This document shows, piece after piece, positions 39,543 through 49,367 of a DNA stretch of 64,000 nucleotides. A model generated the notes under the pieces. The model worked only from the letters and a program-made list of their open reading frames with translations, did no database searches and was not told where the DNA came from. The first letter of the stretch is position 1; every line of letters starts with the position of its first letter. The stretch is from a bacterium (GTDB taxonomy: Bacteria; UBA8248). The stretch lies in assembly GCA_965261085.1 (NCBI GenBank), contig OZ253442.1, positions 2,720,001-2,784,000 on the forward strand. The letters run 5' to 3'. Made by a program: the position numbers and the translations under genes.

Positions 39543-40260
39543 CGTCTATAAGGTCGTAGAAAACCGCCGGGAAAGCGAGTGGACGCAGACGATCTTCTTC
39601 GATAAGGAGATTGAGTCCACTCCCGGACAGTTCATGATGGTCTGGCTGCCGCGTTTGGGCGAAAAACCCTTCACCCTCTCCTATCCGAACGCCGTCACCG
39701 TCAAAAAAGCGGGCGCGTTCACCGAAAAACTGGTTGCCGTGGAGCCGGGAGACGAAATCGGACTGCGCGGCCCGTTGGGCCAAGGCTACCCTGCCCTCAA
39801 GCGCCCCGCTCTCATCGGCGGCGGCGTGGGCATTGCGGAGCTGAGACTGCTCGCACTCGCCTCCGAAGCGCCTTGCTTTGTTCTGGGCGGTCGAACGGCG
39901 GATGAGATTCTGTATTATGAAGAATTCCGCGAACTCGGCCCCGTCCACGTCGCCACCGAGGATGGCTCCCTCGGACACAAAGGCCTGGTGACCGAACTAT
40001 TGCCCGTCGAGGCGGACAGCTACGCCGTCTGCGGTCCTGAGCGGATGATGGCCGCGTGTCTGCCCAAACTACCCCTTAAGCGCACATATTTCGCCATCGA
40101 GAGATATATGAAATGCGCCGTGGGCCTGTGCGGCCAGTGCACCTGTTCTGGCTGGCGTGTTTGTACGGACGGCCCCATATTCCCCGCAACCAGCGTCGCG
40201 CAGATGGATGACTTCGGAAAACGCAGGCGCTCTAAGAGCGGAAAATGGGAAAAGGTATAG
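39535..40260 (+). CDS. pyrK: Dihydroorotate dehydrogenase electron transfer subunit
   Basis: PGQFMMVW, RGPLG.G, GGGVGIA, CGPERMM, ERYMKCAVGLCGQC, VCTDGP. Confidence 0.92.
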   Translation: MRSVYKVVENRRESEWTQTIFFDKEIESTPGQFMMVWLPRLGEKPFTLSYPNAVTVKKAGAFTEKLVAVEPGDEIGLRGPLGQGYPALKRPALIGGGVGIAELRLLALASEAPCFVLGGRTADEILYYEEFRELGPVHVATEDGSLGHKGLVTELLPVEADSYAVCGPERMMAACLPKLPLKRTYFAIERYMKCAVGLCGQCTCSGWRVCTDGPIFPATSVAQMDDFGKRRRSKSGKWEKV

Positions 40261-40357
40261 AAAAAGACATCTTCCCAAGTTGATTCGGCTGTGCCTATAA
40301 TCAGGCGGCAAGCGAAAGATTCTTTGCATTCACGGGGCTTCAGGCGGAGGACAGGCC

Positions 40358-41119
40358 ATCCAATTCCGTGTGTTGGGTTGCGCGGGCGGCAAAGCGCCCG
40401 GGTGTCAGTTGACGTCTTTTCTCATTAACGAAGAGTTGCTGCTCGAAGGCGGTTCGGCCGCTTCCGGCCTCACCATCGAGGAGCAGGCCAAGCTCACCGG
40501 CGTCCTGGTGTCCCACGCGCATCTGGATCATATTGCGGAACTGCCCTACCTTGCCGACAACATCTTCGGCCTGCGGGATGATTCGCTGAAAATCATCGGC
40601 GCGCGAGACGTGCTCGAGCAGATTCAAAAATCCATCTTCAACAACGCCGTCTGGCCGGATTTTTGCGCGATATGCCACGAAGGTACACCGATACTCGATT
40701 TCTCCGCCATCGAGGAGATGGAAACCCGCTCCTGCAACGGGGTTCGGATGACCCCCTACAAGGTCGACCACAAGGGCACCACCTTCGGCTTTATTTTGCA
40801 GGACGCAGAATGCGCGCTGCTCTACACGAGTGATACAGGGCCAACTGAGGCCATCTGGCGGGGCGCTTCCGGGACGGAGAACCTGCGCGCCATCATCACC
40901 GAGGTGTCGTTTCCGAACAAAATGGAGGAACTCGCGCGCATGTCCAAACACATGACGCCGGCCATGCTCCAAGCGGAAATAAAAAAAATGCCGCCCGATA
41001 TTCCCGTCTACATCTTTCACATCAAGACCCAGTATCACGATGAGACCAAGGCGGAAATCGAGGCATTGAACGAGCCGAGAATCCAGTTGCTCGAAGAGGG
41101 AAAGACGTATTTTTTATAG
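40358..41119 (+). CDS. Class II cyclic-nucleotide phosphodiesterase / MBL-fold hydrolase
   Basis: SHAHLDHI, IFNNAVWPDF, SDTGPT, EVSFPN, KHMTP, FHIK. Probable ATC start at 40358 after GGAGG. Confidence 0.88.
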   Translation: MQFRVLGCAGGKAPGCQLTSFLINEELLLEGGSAASGLTIEEQAKLTGVLVSHAHLDHIAELPYLADNIFGLRDDSLKIIGARDVLEQIQKSIFNNAVWPDFCAICHEGTPILDFSAIEEMETRSCNGVRMTPYKVDHKGTTFGFILQDAECALLYTSDTGPTEAIWRGASGTENLRAIITEVSFPNKMEELARMSKHMTPAMLQAEIKKMPPDIPVYIFHIKTQYHDETKAEIEALNEPRIQLLEEGKTYFL

Positions 41120-41261
41120 TTTTCATACCCTGTTATGCTCGGCAGATGCCGGAAGAGTTCTTAAAGGGCGATTACAAGACGGCGAGGCGAGGATGTGAGG
41201 TCAGCATTCGGGGGTATCGCCTTCTTAAAAATAACAGAACAAAGGATGAGGAGACGCTTTC

Positions 41262-41507
41262 GTGGAAGACATCGAGGCGCAAAGAAAACACAGTCGCATC
41301 ATGACCGAGCGCATCAGCGGCATTCTGGCCGGGGAGATCGAGGGTGTCGATGCGGACATCCGCTACAGCTACCAGGAGAAGAGTTTTCGGCTCTGGTGGG
41401 GAGAGCGGGAGGATCCGGACACCATGGCCCTCATCACTTTTGAGCAAATCGCCGGGCTGAACGACGAGGAGTTGCGTCAGATTATCCGCTCATCCGTCAC
41501 CGGCTAG
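41262..41507 (+). CDS. Small hypothetical protein (81 aa)
   Basis: GAGGAG RBS before GTG; GC3-biased codons typical of this genome. Confidence 0.6.
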   Translation: MEDIEAQRKHSRIMTERISGILAGEIEGVDADIRYSYQEKSFRLWWGEREDPDTMALITFEQIAGLNDEELRQIIRSSVTG

Positions 41508-41712
41508 GAAAGTTCGGTTGCGGGATAGGTTTTAACTGTATTTTTTAATATATTTAATTTCAAATAATTGCCGATAGTAGTTAAATCGATATATCACCTT
41601 TATCTTGCATCTGCGCACCTGCTTGACCAAAGCGCGAATGAACACTAACGGCAACAAAAAGCCGATTCGTCCCGACAACCCGTCCCTGAAAACCGCTGCC
41701 TTCTTTTCACGC

Positions 41713-42591
41713 TCAGGCGATGTTGGCCAGTTCCTGGTAAATGCGGAAGATTGAGCTCCCGTCCTCATGCTGCCTGCCCTTGCTGCGCTGGGCCAGATAG
41801 AGATGTTCCAGCAGGCCGCTGAGCGGCACGGGTACGTCCAGGTCCTTGGCGGAGTCGATGGCGCATTCGAGGTCCTTCAAGACTATCCATATCGGGCCTG
41901 ATTCCGGGAAATTGCCGGCCAGCATGTCCTTGCCGCGAACGTCGAGCACGTTTGAGCCGGCCGCGCCCGAGCACAGGGTCTCAAGCATGACGTCTTTGGG
42001 GATTCCCGCCTTGAGACCAAGGGTGAGACCCTCGCATGCCCCCGCCATGTTGATAAAGAGCACGAGATTCACCACGAGCTTCAACTGGGCGGCCAGCCCG
42101 TTTTCCTCGCTCACGTAAATCGTCTTCTTGCCGATGGCGTCGAAGGCGGGCTTCGCCTTATCGAACGCGGCCCTGGGACCTGCCGACATCACCACCAGGT
42201 CCTTCACGGCGGCCTGCTTTCCCACGCCGCTCACCGGACAATCCAGCCAACTCACGCCCTTCTCGCCCGCTTTTTCCGCTATTTCTTTCGAGAACTTGGG
42301 CGGAACCGTGCTCATATCGGCGATGATGCCGCCGGAGGAGATACCCTCAAGAATGCCTCCCTCGCCCGCCACCGCCTTTTCCACGACCTGGTAGTTCGGG
42401 AGTGAGGTCATCACCAGGTCGGCCCCATCGGCGGCGTCCGCAGGCGAAGACGCCCTGCGCATATTTTTACCCTCGAATTTCTCATACATCGCATCGAGCG
42501 GGTCATAACCCGCCACTTCCATGCCGGCGTCCAGCATATGGCCCGAAAAAGCACCGCCCATGACGCCCAAACCCACGACTCCTACGCTCAT
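41713..42591 (-). CDS. NAD(P)-dependent 3-hydroxyisobutyrate/2-hydroxy-3-oxopropionate dehydrogenase family
   Basis: VGVVGLGVMG, DMSTV.P, LDCPVSG, KLVVN, LKDL. Confidence 0.9.
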   Translation of the reverse strand: MSVGVVGLGVMGGAFSGHMLDAGMEVAGYDPLDAMYEKFEGKNMRRASSPADAADGADLVMTSLPNYQVVEKAVAGEGGILEGISSGGIIADMSTVPPKFSKEIAEKAGEKGVSWLDCPVSGVGKQAAVKDLVVMSAGPRAAFDKAKPAFDAIGKKTIYVSEENGLAAQLKLVVNLVLFINMAGACEGLTLGLKAGIPKDVMLETLCSGAAGSNVLDVRGKDMLAGNFPESGPIWIVLKDLECAIDSAKDLDVPVPLSGLLEHLYLAQRSKGRQHEDGSSIFRIYQELANIA

Positions 42592-42685
42592 ACTCACGGC
42601 TCTCAAGCTCCTTTTGAATGCGGCGGCGGATGGATGCCCCTCGCCCGCCGGTACCGGATACGAAAATTTTACTGTCTGCGCATCA

Positions 42686-43444
42686 TCAGTGAATGATATA
42701 ACCGCCGTCCACCACGAGGTTGTGCCCATGCACGAAAGAAGCATCCTGGGAGGCCAGGAACAATACTGCGCCCGCTATCTCCATCGGCTCGCCGAAACGC
42801 CCCATCGGCACGGTTCCCAGACGTTGGGCGCGTTCCTCAGGCGTCTTGTAGGCGTGTTTCTTGAGATATTCCGTCGCCGTAGGCCCCGGGCTGACGGCGT
42901 TCACCAGAATGTTCTCGCCTGCGAGTTCGAGCGCCATGGAGCGGGTGAGTTGAATCAACGCCGCCTTGGTCGCGCTGTAGAGCGCGGTATTGCGCGCCGC
43001 TACGGAACCCAACTGGCTCGCGACGTGGATGATTCTGCCGCCGCCCGCCTCACGCATGAGGGGCAGCACCGCCTGGCTCGCGAAAAAAGGAGCGCGCAGG
43101 TTCACGGCGACCACGCGGCCAAAATCCGCATAAGAGAATGTCCCGAATGGTTGGCTTGCGCGAATTCCTGCGTTGTTCACGAGAACGTCGACGCCGCCCA
43201 TAGCGTCCGACGCGGCTTCCACCATGCGCTCGGCGGCGCCCTCTTCGGCCAAATCAAAGACCCCGAAAGCAGCCCTGCCTCCGGCGGCCTCGCATTCGCG
43301 TGCGACGTTTTCGAGTTCATCCTGCGTTCCATCGGCAGCCAGGTACAGGCTCGCTCCTTCGGCGGCGAAGCGATTCGCCACGCATTCGCCGATTCCGCGC
43401 GATGCGCCCGTTACGAGCGCCTTTTTCCCCTCAAAACGATTCAA
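42686..43444 (-). CDS. Short-chain dehydrogenase/reductase
   Basis: TGASRGIG, NNAG, YSATK, NAVSPG, VDGG. Confidence 0.92.
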   Translation of the reverse strand: MNRFEGKKALVTGASRGIGECVANRFAAEGASLYLAADGTQDELENVARECEAAGGRAAFGVFDLAEEGAAERMVEAASDAMGGVDVLVNNAGIRASQPFGTFSYADFGRVVAVNLRAPFFASQAVLPLMREAGGGRIIHVASQLGSVAARNTALYSATKAALIQLTRSMALELAGENILVNAVSPGPTATEYLKKHAYKTPEERAQRLGTVPMGRFGEPMEIAGAVLFLASQDASFVHGHNLVVDGGYIIH

Positions 43445-43535
43445 CCCGCGTTTCTCCTACCGAAAAGTTGCGCTATATTCCCCCCCGGTGCGACGACGCG
43501 CTCCCGGGATGGCCAAAAACAAGGAGAATGGCACG

Positions 43536-44138
43536 ATGCCCCGACCGGAAACCTCATTTCAAGAACTCCAGCACGTCGCCGTCAAGGTGTCGAACATCAA
43601 GGAATCTCTCAGGTTCTATACCGAGATTCTCGGCTTCACCCTCTCGGAGCGCCACGACCCGGGAGAACACCCCACCCTCGCCGTGGGCCTATGTTTTCTG
43701 CGGTGTACCGCGTTTCATCACGATTTGAACCTAGTATACCACACCGGCGAGCAGCCCGCGCTGGCGCAACTGAAAACCGACGATCAGGGCCCGATCAAGG
43801 ACCTGGGGTTGCATCATTTCGCATTTAGAGTAAAAGACCGGGTCGAGTTCCTCGCCTGGAGAGAGTGGATCGAGGAATGCGGCGTCAAAATTGTGCGCGG
43901 CCCCCTGGTGCACAGCCCCACGCATCCTGAGGGCGATGGCACCTGGGGAGAGAACAGGGCCATGTACTTTTGCGACCCCGACGGTCACCGGATCGAAATC
44001 TTTTGCGACCTGGCCCGGATGGACGAGGCCAACGGCATCGAGAAGGAATGGTATGAAAACCGACTCCGAAAGGAGGGAATCGACCCCGCCCCGCATCAGC
44101 CCGTCGGCCCCCATCCGACAGGGGCTCTCAAGCGCTGA
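43536..44138 (+). CDS. VOC/glyoxalase family protein (extradiol dioxygenase-like)
   Basis: LQHVAVKV, FYTEILGF, HHD, GLHHFAF, YFCDPDGHRIE. Confidence 0.88.
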   Translation: MPRPETSFQELQHVAVKVSNIKESLRFYTEILGFTLSERHDPGEHPTLAVGLCFLRCTAFHHDLNLVYHTGEQPALAQLKTDDQGPIKDLGLHHFAFRVKDRVEFLAWREWIEECGVKIVRGPLVHSPTHPEGDGTWGENRAMYFCDPDGHRIEIFCDLARMDEANGIEKEWYENRLRKEGIDPAPHQPVGPHPTGALKR

Positions 44139-44177
44139 ACCGCCGCCCGAGAAATGTTTCCCTATGAGTGAGACGCC

Positions 44178-45941
44178 GTGAGCTGGAAAAATTTTCGCAT
44201 ACAACTTCTCGGCTGGCTGCTCCACTTCGATTTCTCAGACGACGGCATCTTCTACTTCACGACCATCATCGTGGGAGCGCTCACCGGTTTCGTCGCCGTA
44301 TTCTTTCATCTCGCGCTGGGCTGGACGCATCACCTTCTCTTCGGCTCCCACGATCTTTCCGAGATTCACCGCGCCTGGTACTGGGTGGCGGTCATACCTG
44401 CCGGGGGCGCTTTTCTCTCTGCGCTGTTTCTCCAATACTTCGCTCCCGAAGCCCGTGGCAGCGGCATCCCCCAGACGAAAATCGCGTACGTCGCCCACAA
44501 CGGTCACATCGACAAGCGCGTGTGGATAGGTAAGTTCCTCATCGGGGTCCTCAACATCGGCTCGGGCTCGAGCCTGGGACGCGAAGGCCCCACCGTGCAG
44601 ATATGCTCGGGCGCGGCGAGCTGGATAGGCGAGACGTTTTCGCTGAAAAGACGACGCGTGCAGGCGCTCGTCCCCGTGGGCTGCGCCGCCGCCCTGGCCG
44701 CCGCGTTCAACACGCCGATCGCCGCCGTCACATTCACGCTCGAAGAACTCGTGGGCGACCTGAACGCGCGCGTACTCGGCTCCATCGTGTTCGCCGCGGT
44801 TTCCGCGTCGGTCGTCTCGCGCGCCATTCTCGGCAACGAGCCCGTGTTCTCCGTGCCGTCTTATTCACTGGACAGTTCCCTGGAATTACTCCTCTACGCC
44901 CTGGTGGGCGTAATCTGCGCACTCGTCGCCGTGGCGTTCATCAAGGGATTGCTCTTCATACGAGCAGGATGGAAACACCTGCGAGGCTTCCGGGGCGTTC
45001 TCGCCACGGGTCTCGGCGGTCTTTTCGTGGGCGTCATCGGCATCTGGGTGCCCGAGGTATTCGCCGTGGGCTACCCCGCCGTGAGCAAGGCGCTCACGCA
45101 CAGCTATACGCTGCCCTTTCTATTGTCTCTGCTTGCCCTCAAACTCATCGCCACCGCGGTTTCTTACGGAACCGGCTCTTTGGGCGGCATCTTCGCGCCG
45201 ACGCTGTTCATGGGCGCGATGGCGGGGGGCGCCGTGGCCTCTCTCGCCGAAATCGCCTTCCCCGGCTTCGTGGCCCATCCGGGCGGATACGCGCTCGTGG
45301 GCATGGGCGCGGCCTTCGCGGCCGTCATTCGCGCGCCCATGACGTCGGTGCTCATCATCTTCGAGCTCACGCAGGACTACAACATCATTCTCGCGCTCAT
45401 GGTGGCGAACGCCATATCGCTCGCTCTCGCGCGATACTGGCACCCCGAACCGATATACAGCGCGCTTTCCTCACAAGACGGCGTCGCGCTGCCCGACCAT
45501 GAGACCGAACATCTCCTGCACGGGATTCACGTGTCCGACGCCATGGTCAGCGACGTCATCACCCTGCCTGAGGACATCACGATAGAAGAGGCGATTCAGA
45601 AAACAAAGGGAAGCGCCATCACCGGATATCCCGTCCTGGACGCGAGCGGGAAGATCTCCGGCATGGCGAGTAATTACGACTTCAGCCAGGCGCAGGCCGC
45701 AGGCATCCTGCAAAAACCCCTGGGCGAGATTGCGAAAAAGAAATACATCATGCACGCGCATCCGGATCAATCACTCGATTCGGTGATGGCCAAACTCGGC
45801 GACAGGCGAATCTCGCGCCTGCCCGTGGTGAGCCGCGTGGACCCGACAGAGCTTCTGGGAATCATCACCGCCGAGGACGTCATTCACGCCTTCGGCAAAG
45901 TGTGGCGCGGCCGGCAGCACCATCAACACGGCCCCGACTGA
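44178..45941 (+). CDS. ClC chloride/proton antiporter with C-terminal CBS domains
   Basis: GSGIP, GREGP, AAFNTPIA, GGIFAP; CBS pair. Confidence 0.95.
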   Translation: MSWKNFRIQLLGWLLHFDFSDDGIFYFTTIIVGALTGFVAVFFHLALGWTHHLLFGSHDLSEIHRAWYWVAVIPAGGAFLSALFLQYFAPEARGSGIPQTKIAYVAHNGHIDKRVWIGKFLIGVLNIGSGSSLGREGPTVQICSGAASWIGETFSLKRRRVQALVPVGCAAALAAAFNTPIAAVTFTLEELVGDLNARVLGSIVFAAVSASVVSRAILGNEPVFSVPSYSLDSSLELLLYALVGVICALVAVAFIKGLLFIRAGWKHLRGFRGVLATGLGGLFVGVIGIWVPEVFAVGYPAVSKALTHSYTLPFLLSLLALKLIATAVSYGTGSLGGIFAPTLFMGAMAGGAVASLAEIAFPGFVAHPGGYALVGMGAAFAAVIRAPMTSVLIIFELTQDYNIILALMVANAISLALARYWHPEPIYSALSSQDGVALPDHETEHLLHGIHVSDAMVSDVITLPEDITIEEAIQKTKGSAITGYPVLDASGKISGMASNYDFSQAQAAGILQKPLGEIAKKKYIMHAHPDQSLDSVMAKLGDRRISRLPVVSRVDPTELLGIITAEDVIHAFGKVWRGRQHHQHGPD

Positions 45942-46078
45942 TGACGCGCTTCCCGAATGCTTTGCAGAGAGTGCGAAGATTTTCATATGATGACCGAGAG
46001 GAAAGGCTGGAGATCCATGCTCGCGAGGATCGTTTTTCGGAATAGAGCGCCCGCAAACAGAATGCCGGAACCACAAAA

Positions 46079-46750
46079 ATGAACACGCAACATCTAACCA
46101 CCCTGCCTTCGAGCGGCCAGCCGACCTGGCTCAAAAAGATTTTCCAGGCGGGCTTTCGGCTCGCCTTCGGCGGAGTCGAGGTCCACGGCATGCACAACGT
46201 ACCGCCCGATGGCCCGCTGATCGTCGCCTCTAACCACCGAAGCTACCTCGACCCCGTGATCCTCGCCTCCTTCCTGCCGAGGCGGGTGTATCACATGGCC
46301 AAGCGCGAGTTGTTCCGCAATCCCCTGTTCGCGAGGCTGATCACCTACTACGGCGCCTTCCCCGTGGACAGGGAGGGAACCGCGCGCGCCAGCACCTTCC
46401 GGACGGCCCTCAATCTCTTGAAACTCAACGGGGCGGTGGTGATTTTTCCCGAGGGAGGCATCGTGGATTCGACGGCCGAGGTGGAAGTGAAAGAGGGCGT
46501 CGCCACCCTCGCCGCCATGAGCCGCGCGCCCGTTCTTCCGGTCTATATCGCGGGGTCGAACACGCTTATCAGACCGAGGGGAATCCTCGACTCCTGGCTC
46601 GTCATTCGCGTGGGCGAGGTCATCCCTCCGGCGCAAGGAAAGGGCCGGGAATACCGCAGGGAGTTCACCCAAAGCATCGCCGATGGGATATTGAAACTGG
46701 AGGCGGAGTTTTTCGCCGCGAAGAAGAGAAAGCAAGAAACGGGGGGTTGA
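46079..46750 (+). CDS. plsC: 1-acyl-sn-glycerol-3-phosphate acyltransferase
   Basis: NHRSYLD, AKRELF, FPVDR, IFPEG. Confidence 0.88.
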   Translation: MNTQHLTTLPSSGQPTWLKKIFQAGFRLAFGGVEVHGMHNVPPDGPLIVASNHRSYLDPVILASFLPRRVYHMAKRELFRNPLFARLITYYGAFPVDREGTARASTFRTALNLLKLNGAVVIFPEGGIVDSTAEVEVKEGVATLAAMSRAPVLPVYIAGSNTLIRPRGILDSWLVIRVGEVIPPAQGKGREYRREFTQSIADGILKLEAEFFAAKKRKQETGG

Positions 46751-46822
46751 AGTATGACGGCTGGGGAGTATTTCGCCGCCATTCCGCTAGACAGTCATAT
46801 TTAGCCGAGCACCGGCAAAGTA

Positions 46823-46855
46823 AAGCCCCGCCACCTGCGTAGAGTGACGGGGCTT
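46823..46855. terminator. Probable bidirectional terminator between plsC and the porin gene
   Basis: AAGCCCCG-CCAC ... GTGA-CGGGGCTT inverted repeat between convergent genes. Confidence 0.65.
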
Positions 46856-46945
46856 CATTTGTGAAGGTTATCAAGGAATAGGCAACTCTCTCGCCCTGAA
46901 CGCCCCTCCATTCAAGCGGAGAACTGCAAGCCTTGAACGAAAAAC

Positions 46946-48256
46946 CTAGAAGCTATACACAAGACCCAATTGGAGGCGCGAAGCGTCGCCCTTTCTGCCG
47001 TCGTTGGTCTCACGCCAGCCTTGTATGAACTCCACACCGGCTCGCATCTTGGGTGCGGGCGACCACCAAATAGTGGCGTGTAGCGTACGCTGCGACTGGC
47101 TGAGGTCCGCAAACGTCGCCTCGGCGTCACCGTAATCGGTCTCGACCCAGCCGTAATACAGACCCGAACTCACGGAGCTGCTCCAGTTATGCGTGAGGCC
47201 GACAAAACCGCCCATGGAGTCTACGGCCTCCAGTTCACCGCCCGTACCCAGGGTGGCGGCGGCGGTCGCCCCGACCATGTAACCCGCCAGTCCGCCCTGG
47301 CCGACGTTGAACGTGCCCCACAGGCGGGTGTCCTTGCCAAGGCCGACGTTCGCGCCGACGTGGAGGGCGGAGATCGTGAGATTTTCCTCCATCGCGCCTT
47401 CATCGTAGAGAACCTGCCCCACCAAGCCCGACACGTTAATAGCGCCCCAACTCGTTTTCAGGCGCAGAGCCCCCACAAGGTTCGGAATCCGATCTTGAGA
47501 GGACGTCTTCCCGCCGGCCATCAGAATAGTCGGAGCGTCAGGATCCTCGAGCGCAACCTGGGCGGTGAGATTCTTCCCCATGGCCGAGGTGTAGCGCAAT
47601 TGAGGCCGGCGTATGGCGGCCACGCCCACGGGCCCTTCGACATCAATCGTGTCGGCGTAGGTATTCTCATCCCCCAAGATCGACCAGTTCTGGCCCACCA
47701 GCACCCCACCCAAAGAGGCGTAGGCGTGGCGAAGGCGCAGGGCGTTGGGGGCATATAAAAAACCGGTTTCGATGCGAGTCTTGAGGTTGCCCATTTTTGT
47801 CGGCGTCAGGCTGTCGAAACGCAGGCGCGTTTGCTTGGCGTGCATGGAGAACTTACGCTGACCACTGTCATCGCCATCCAGGAGAATGCCACTTGCGCCA
47901 CCTCCGGAGTCGTAACCGAAAAAGGTATCGCCCAGATCCTGGTCGAAATCATAGATAGCGTCGAGCTTGACGTAGCCGCTGAAGGAGACCGACGTGTTGC
48001 TCCCCGGCATCTTCCAGGAACCCGGGAAGTCGCCGGTAGCCACGGCCTTTTTCTTGACGGCTTCCGCCGCGGCCTTCATATCGGCCTTCATCTTCTTCTC
48101 TCGGTCTTCGATGCCTTCGAGCCGATTCATGAGCGCCTTGATCTGCGCCTTGAGATCGTCGATCTCGCCTCCGGCAGCCGGCGCAACGAATAACGCCATG
48201 GCTGTTACACATCCAAGAAGCGCTAAACCGAAACGATTTGTCCTATTTCTCTTCAT
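46946..48256 (-). CDS. DcaP-family outer membrane porin
   Basis: Signal peptide, N-terminal coiled coil, GSWKMPGSNT..SFSGYVKLD, QTRL, LRLRHAY, GQNWS, C-terminal YSF. Confidence 0.88.
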   Translation of the reverse strand: MKRNRTNRFGLALLGCVTAMALFVAPAAGGEIDDLKAQIKALMNRLEGIEDREKKMKADMKAAAEAVKKKAVATGDFPGSWKMPGSNTSVSFSGYVKLDAIYDFDQDLGDTFFGYDSGGGASGILLDGDDSGQRKFSMHAKQTRLRFDSLTPTKMGNLKTRIETGFLYAPNALRLRHAYASLGGVLVGQNWSILGDENTYADTIDVEGPVGVAAIRRPQLRYTSAMGKNLTAQVALEDPDAPTILMAGGKTSSQDRIPNLVGALRLKTSWGAINVSGLVGQVLYDEGAMEENLTISALHVGANVGLGKDTRLWGTFNVGQGGLAGYMVGATAAATLGTGGELEAVDSMGGFVGLTHNWSSSVSSGLYYGWVETDYGDAEATFADLSQSQRTLHATIWWSPAPKMRAGVEFIQGWRETNDGRKGDASRLQLGLVYSF

Positions 48257-48459
48257 ATTTCTGTCCCCCCGTGAGAAGTTCGGCAAAGAGTATGCTGCAC
48301 ATGAAGAGGCGGTTTCACGAAAACGACCTCTTCGAGTATTAAGTATCCCTTGTGGAGCGAATAATCGGGTGGATGCCTCGCCCATCCTTACCCGCGGACG
48401 TAATCAAGCATACCTTTAAGGAAAACGTAGTACCCCGCATCAGCCTCCGAATATTCAAG

Positions 48460-48476
48460 AAAAAAGGCCGAAGCCG
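48460..48476 (-). terminator. Possible short intrinsic terminator after the Mo-hydroxylase FAD subunit gene
   Basis: Minus strand GGC-TTCG-GCC-TTTTTT (UUCG tetraloop plus U tract); the stem is short. Confidence 0.45.
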
Positions 48477-48481
48477 TCAGA

Positions 48482-49348
48482 TCAGGAAGCGCCCAACGCC
48501 TTCAGGATGGTTCGCCTGATCAAGACGGGCGTCACCTGTTTCCTGTAGTCGCCGCTCGCGCGGATATCGGTCAGAGGCTCCAGGTCATCGAGGGTTTCCG
48601 CGAGCACGGCGTCGATGTTCTCCTGGTTGAGTTCCTTGCCTCGCAGACCCTCTTCCGCCGCCGTGAGGCGTCTGAACACGGCCTCCACTCCCCCTAAGCC
48701 GATTCGCACCTCTTTGGCCGTCTTGCCGTCTTCTTCGGTGAGCACCGCGGTGGAGACGGAAACGCAGGGCTTGTCCTCTTTGGAGCGCGTGGTGAAGCGC
48801 GTGTAGGCCGTCCTGAATCCATCGGGCAGTGGGTCGACCTCGATCGAACACAGCAACTCATCCTCATCCAACGCGCATTCGTAATATCCCGTCCAGAACT
48901 CCGTCGCGGGAATCACCCGCTCTGAGCCGTCCGCCTTTTTGGTGTTCATGCGGGCCTCAAGGGCCAGAAAAGCGCCTGGAGGATCCGATGCCGGTTCCGC
49001 AAAGCACAAGTTGCCGCCCACCGTCCCCTGGTTTCGGATGCGAATCGTGGCCACGTTGTGGAAGATTTCCGCGAGCAGCGGGAAGCGTTCCTGAACGAGC
49101 GGGGAGAGTTCGATCTTGCGGTGCACCGTCTTCGCCCCGATGCGGACGCCGCCGTTGTCGGTTCCTTCGATGAAATCCAGATCACTCGCCCCCGCAATGT
49201 CTATCAACACCTCGGGTTCGTACACCCGCGATTTCATGAGAATCGAGAGGGCGACGCCGCCGGCGAACACTTTCCCGTCCTCGCCGTGCTCCTTCATGGC
49301 GGCGAGCGTTTCCTCCGCGCTGTTCGCGGATAGATGCCGAAAAGACAT
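48482..49348 (-). CDS. Xanthine dehydrogenase family FAD-binding subunit
   Basis: FAGG, RIRNQGTVGGN, PASDPP, DIRASGDYR. Confidence 0.92.
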   Translation of the reverse strand: MSFRHLSANSAEETLAAMKEHGEDGKVFAGGVALSILMKSRVYEPEVLIDIAGASDLDFIEGTDNGGVRIGAKTVHRKIELSPLVQERFPLLAEIFHNVATIRIRNQGTVGGNLCFAEPASDPPGAFLALEARMNTKKADGSERVIPATEFWTGYYECALDEDELLCSIEVDPLPDGFRTAYTRFTTRSKEDKPCVSVSTAVLTEEDGKTAKEVRIGLGGVEAVFRRLTAAEEGLRGKELNQENIDAVLAETLDDLEPLTDIRASGDYRKQVTPVLIRRTILKALGAS

Positions 49349-49367
49349 TTTTTATCCCCTCTCCTCG

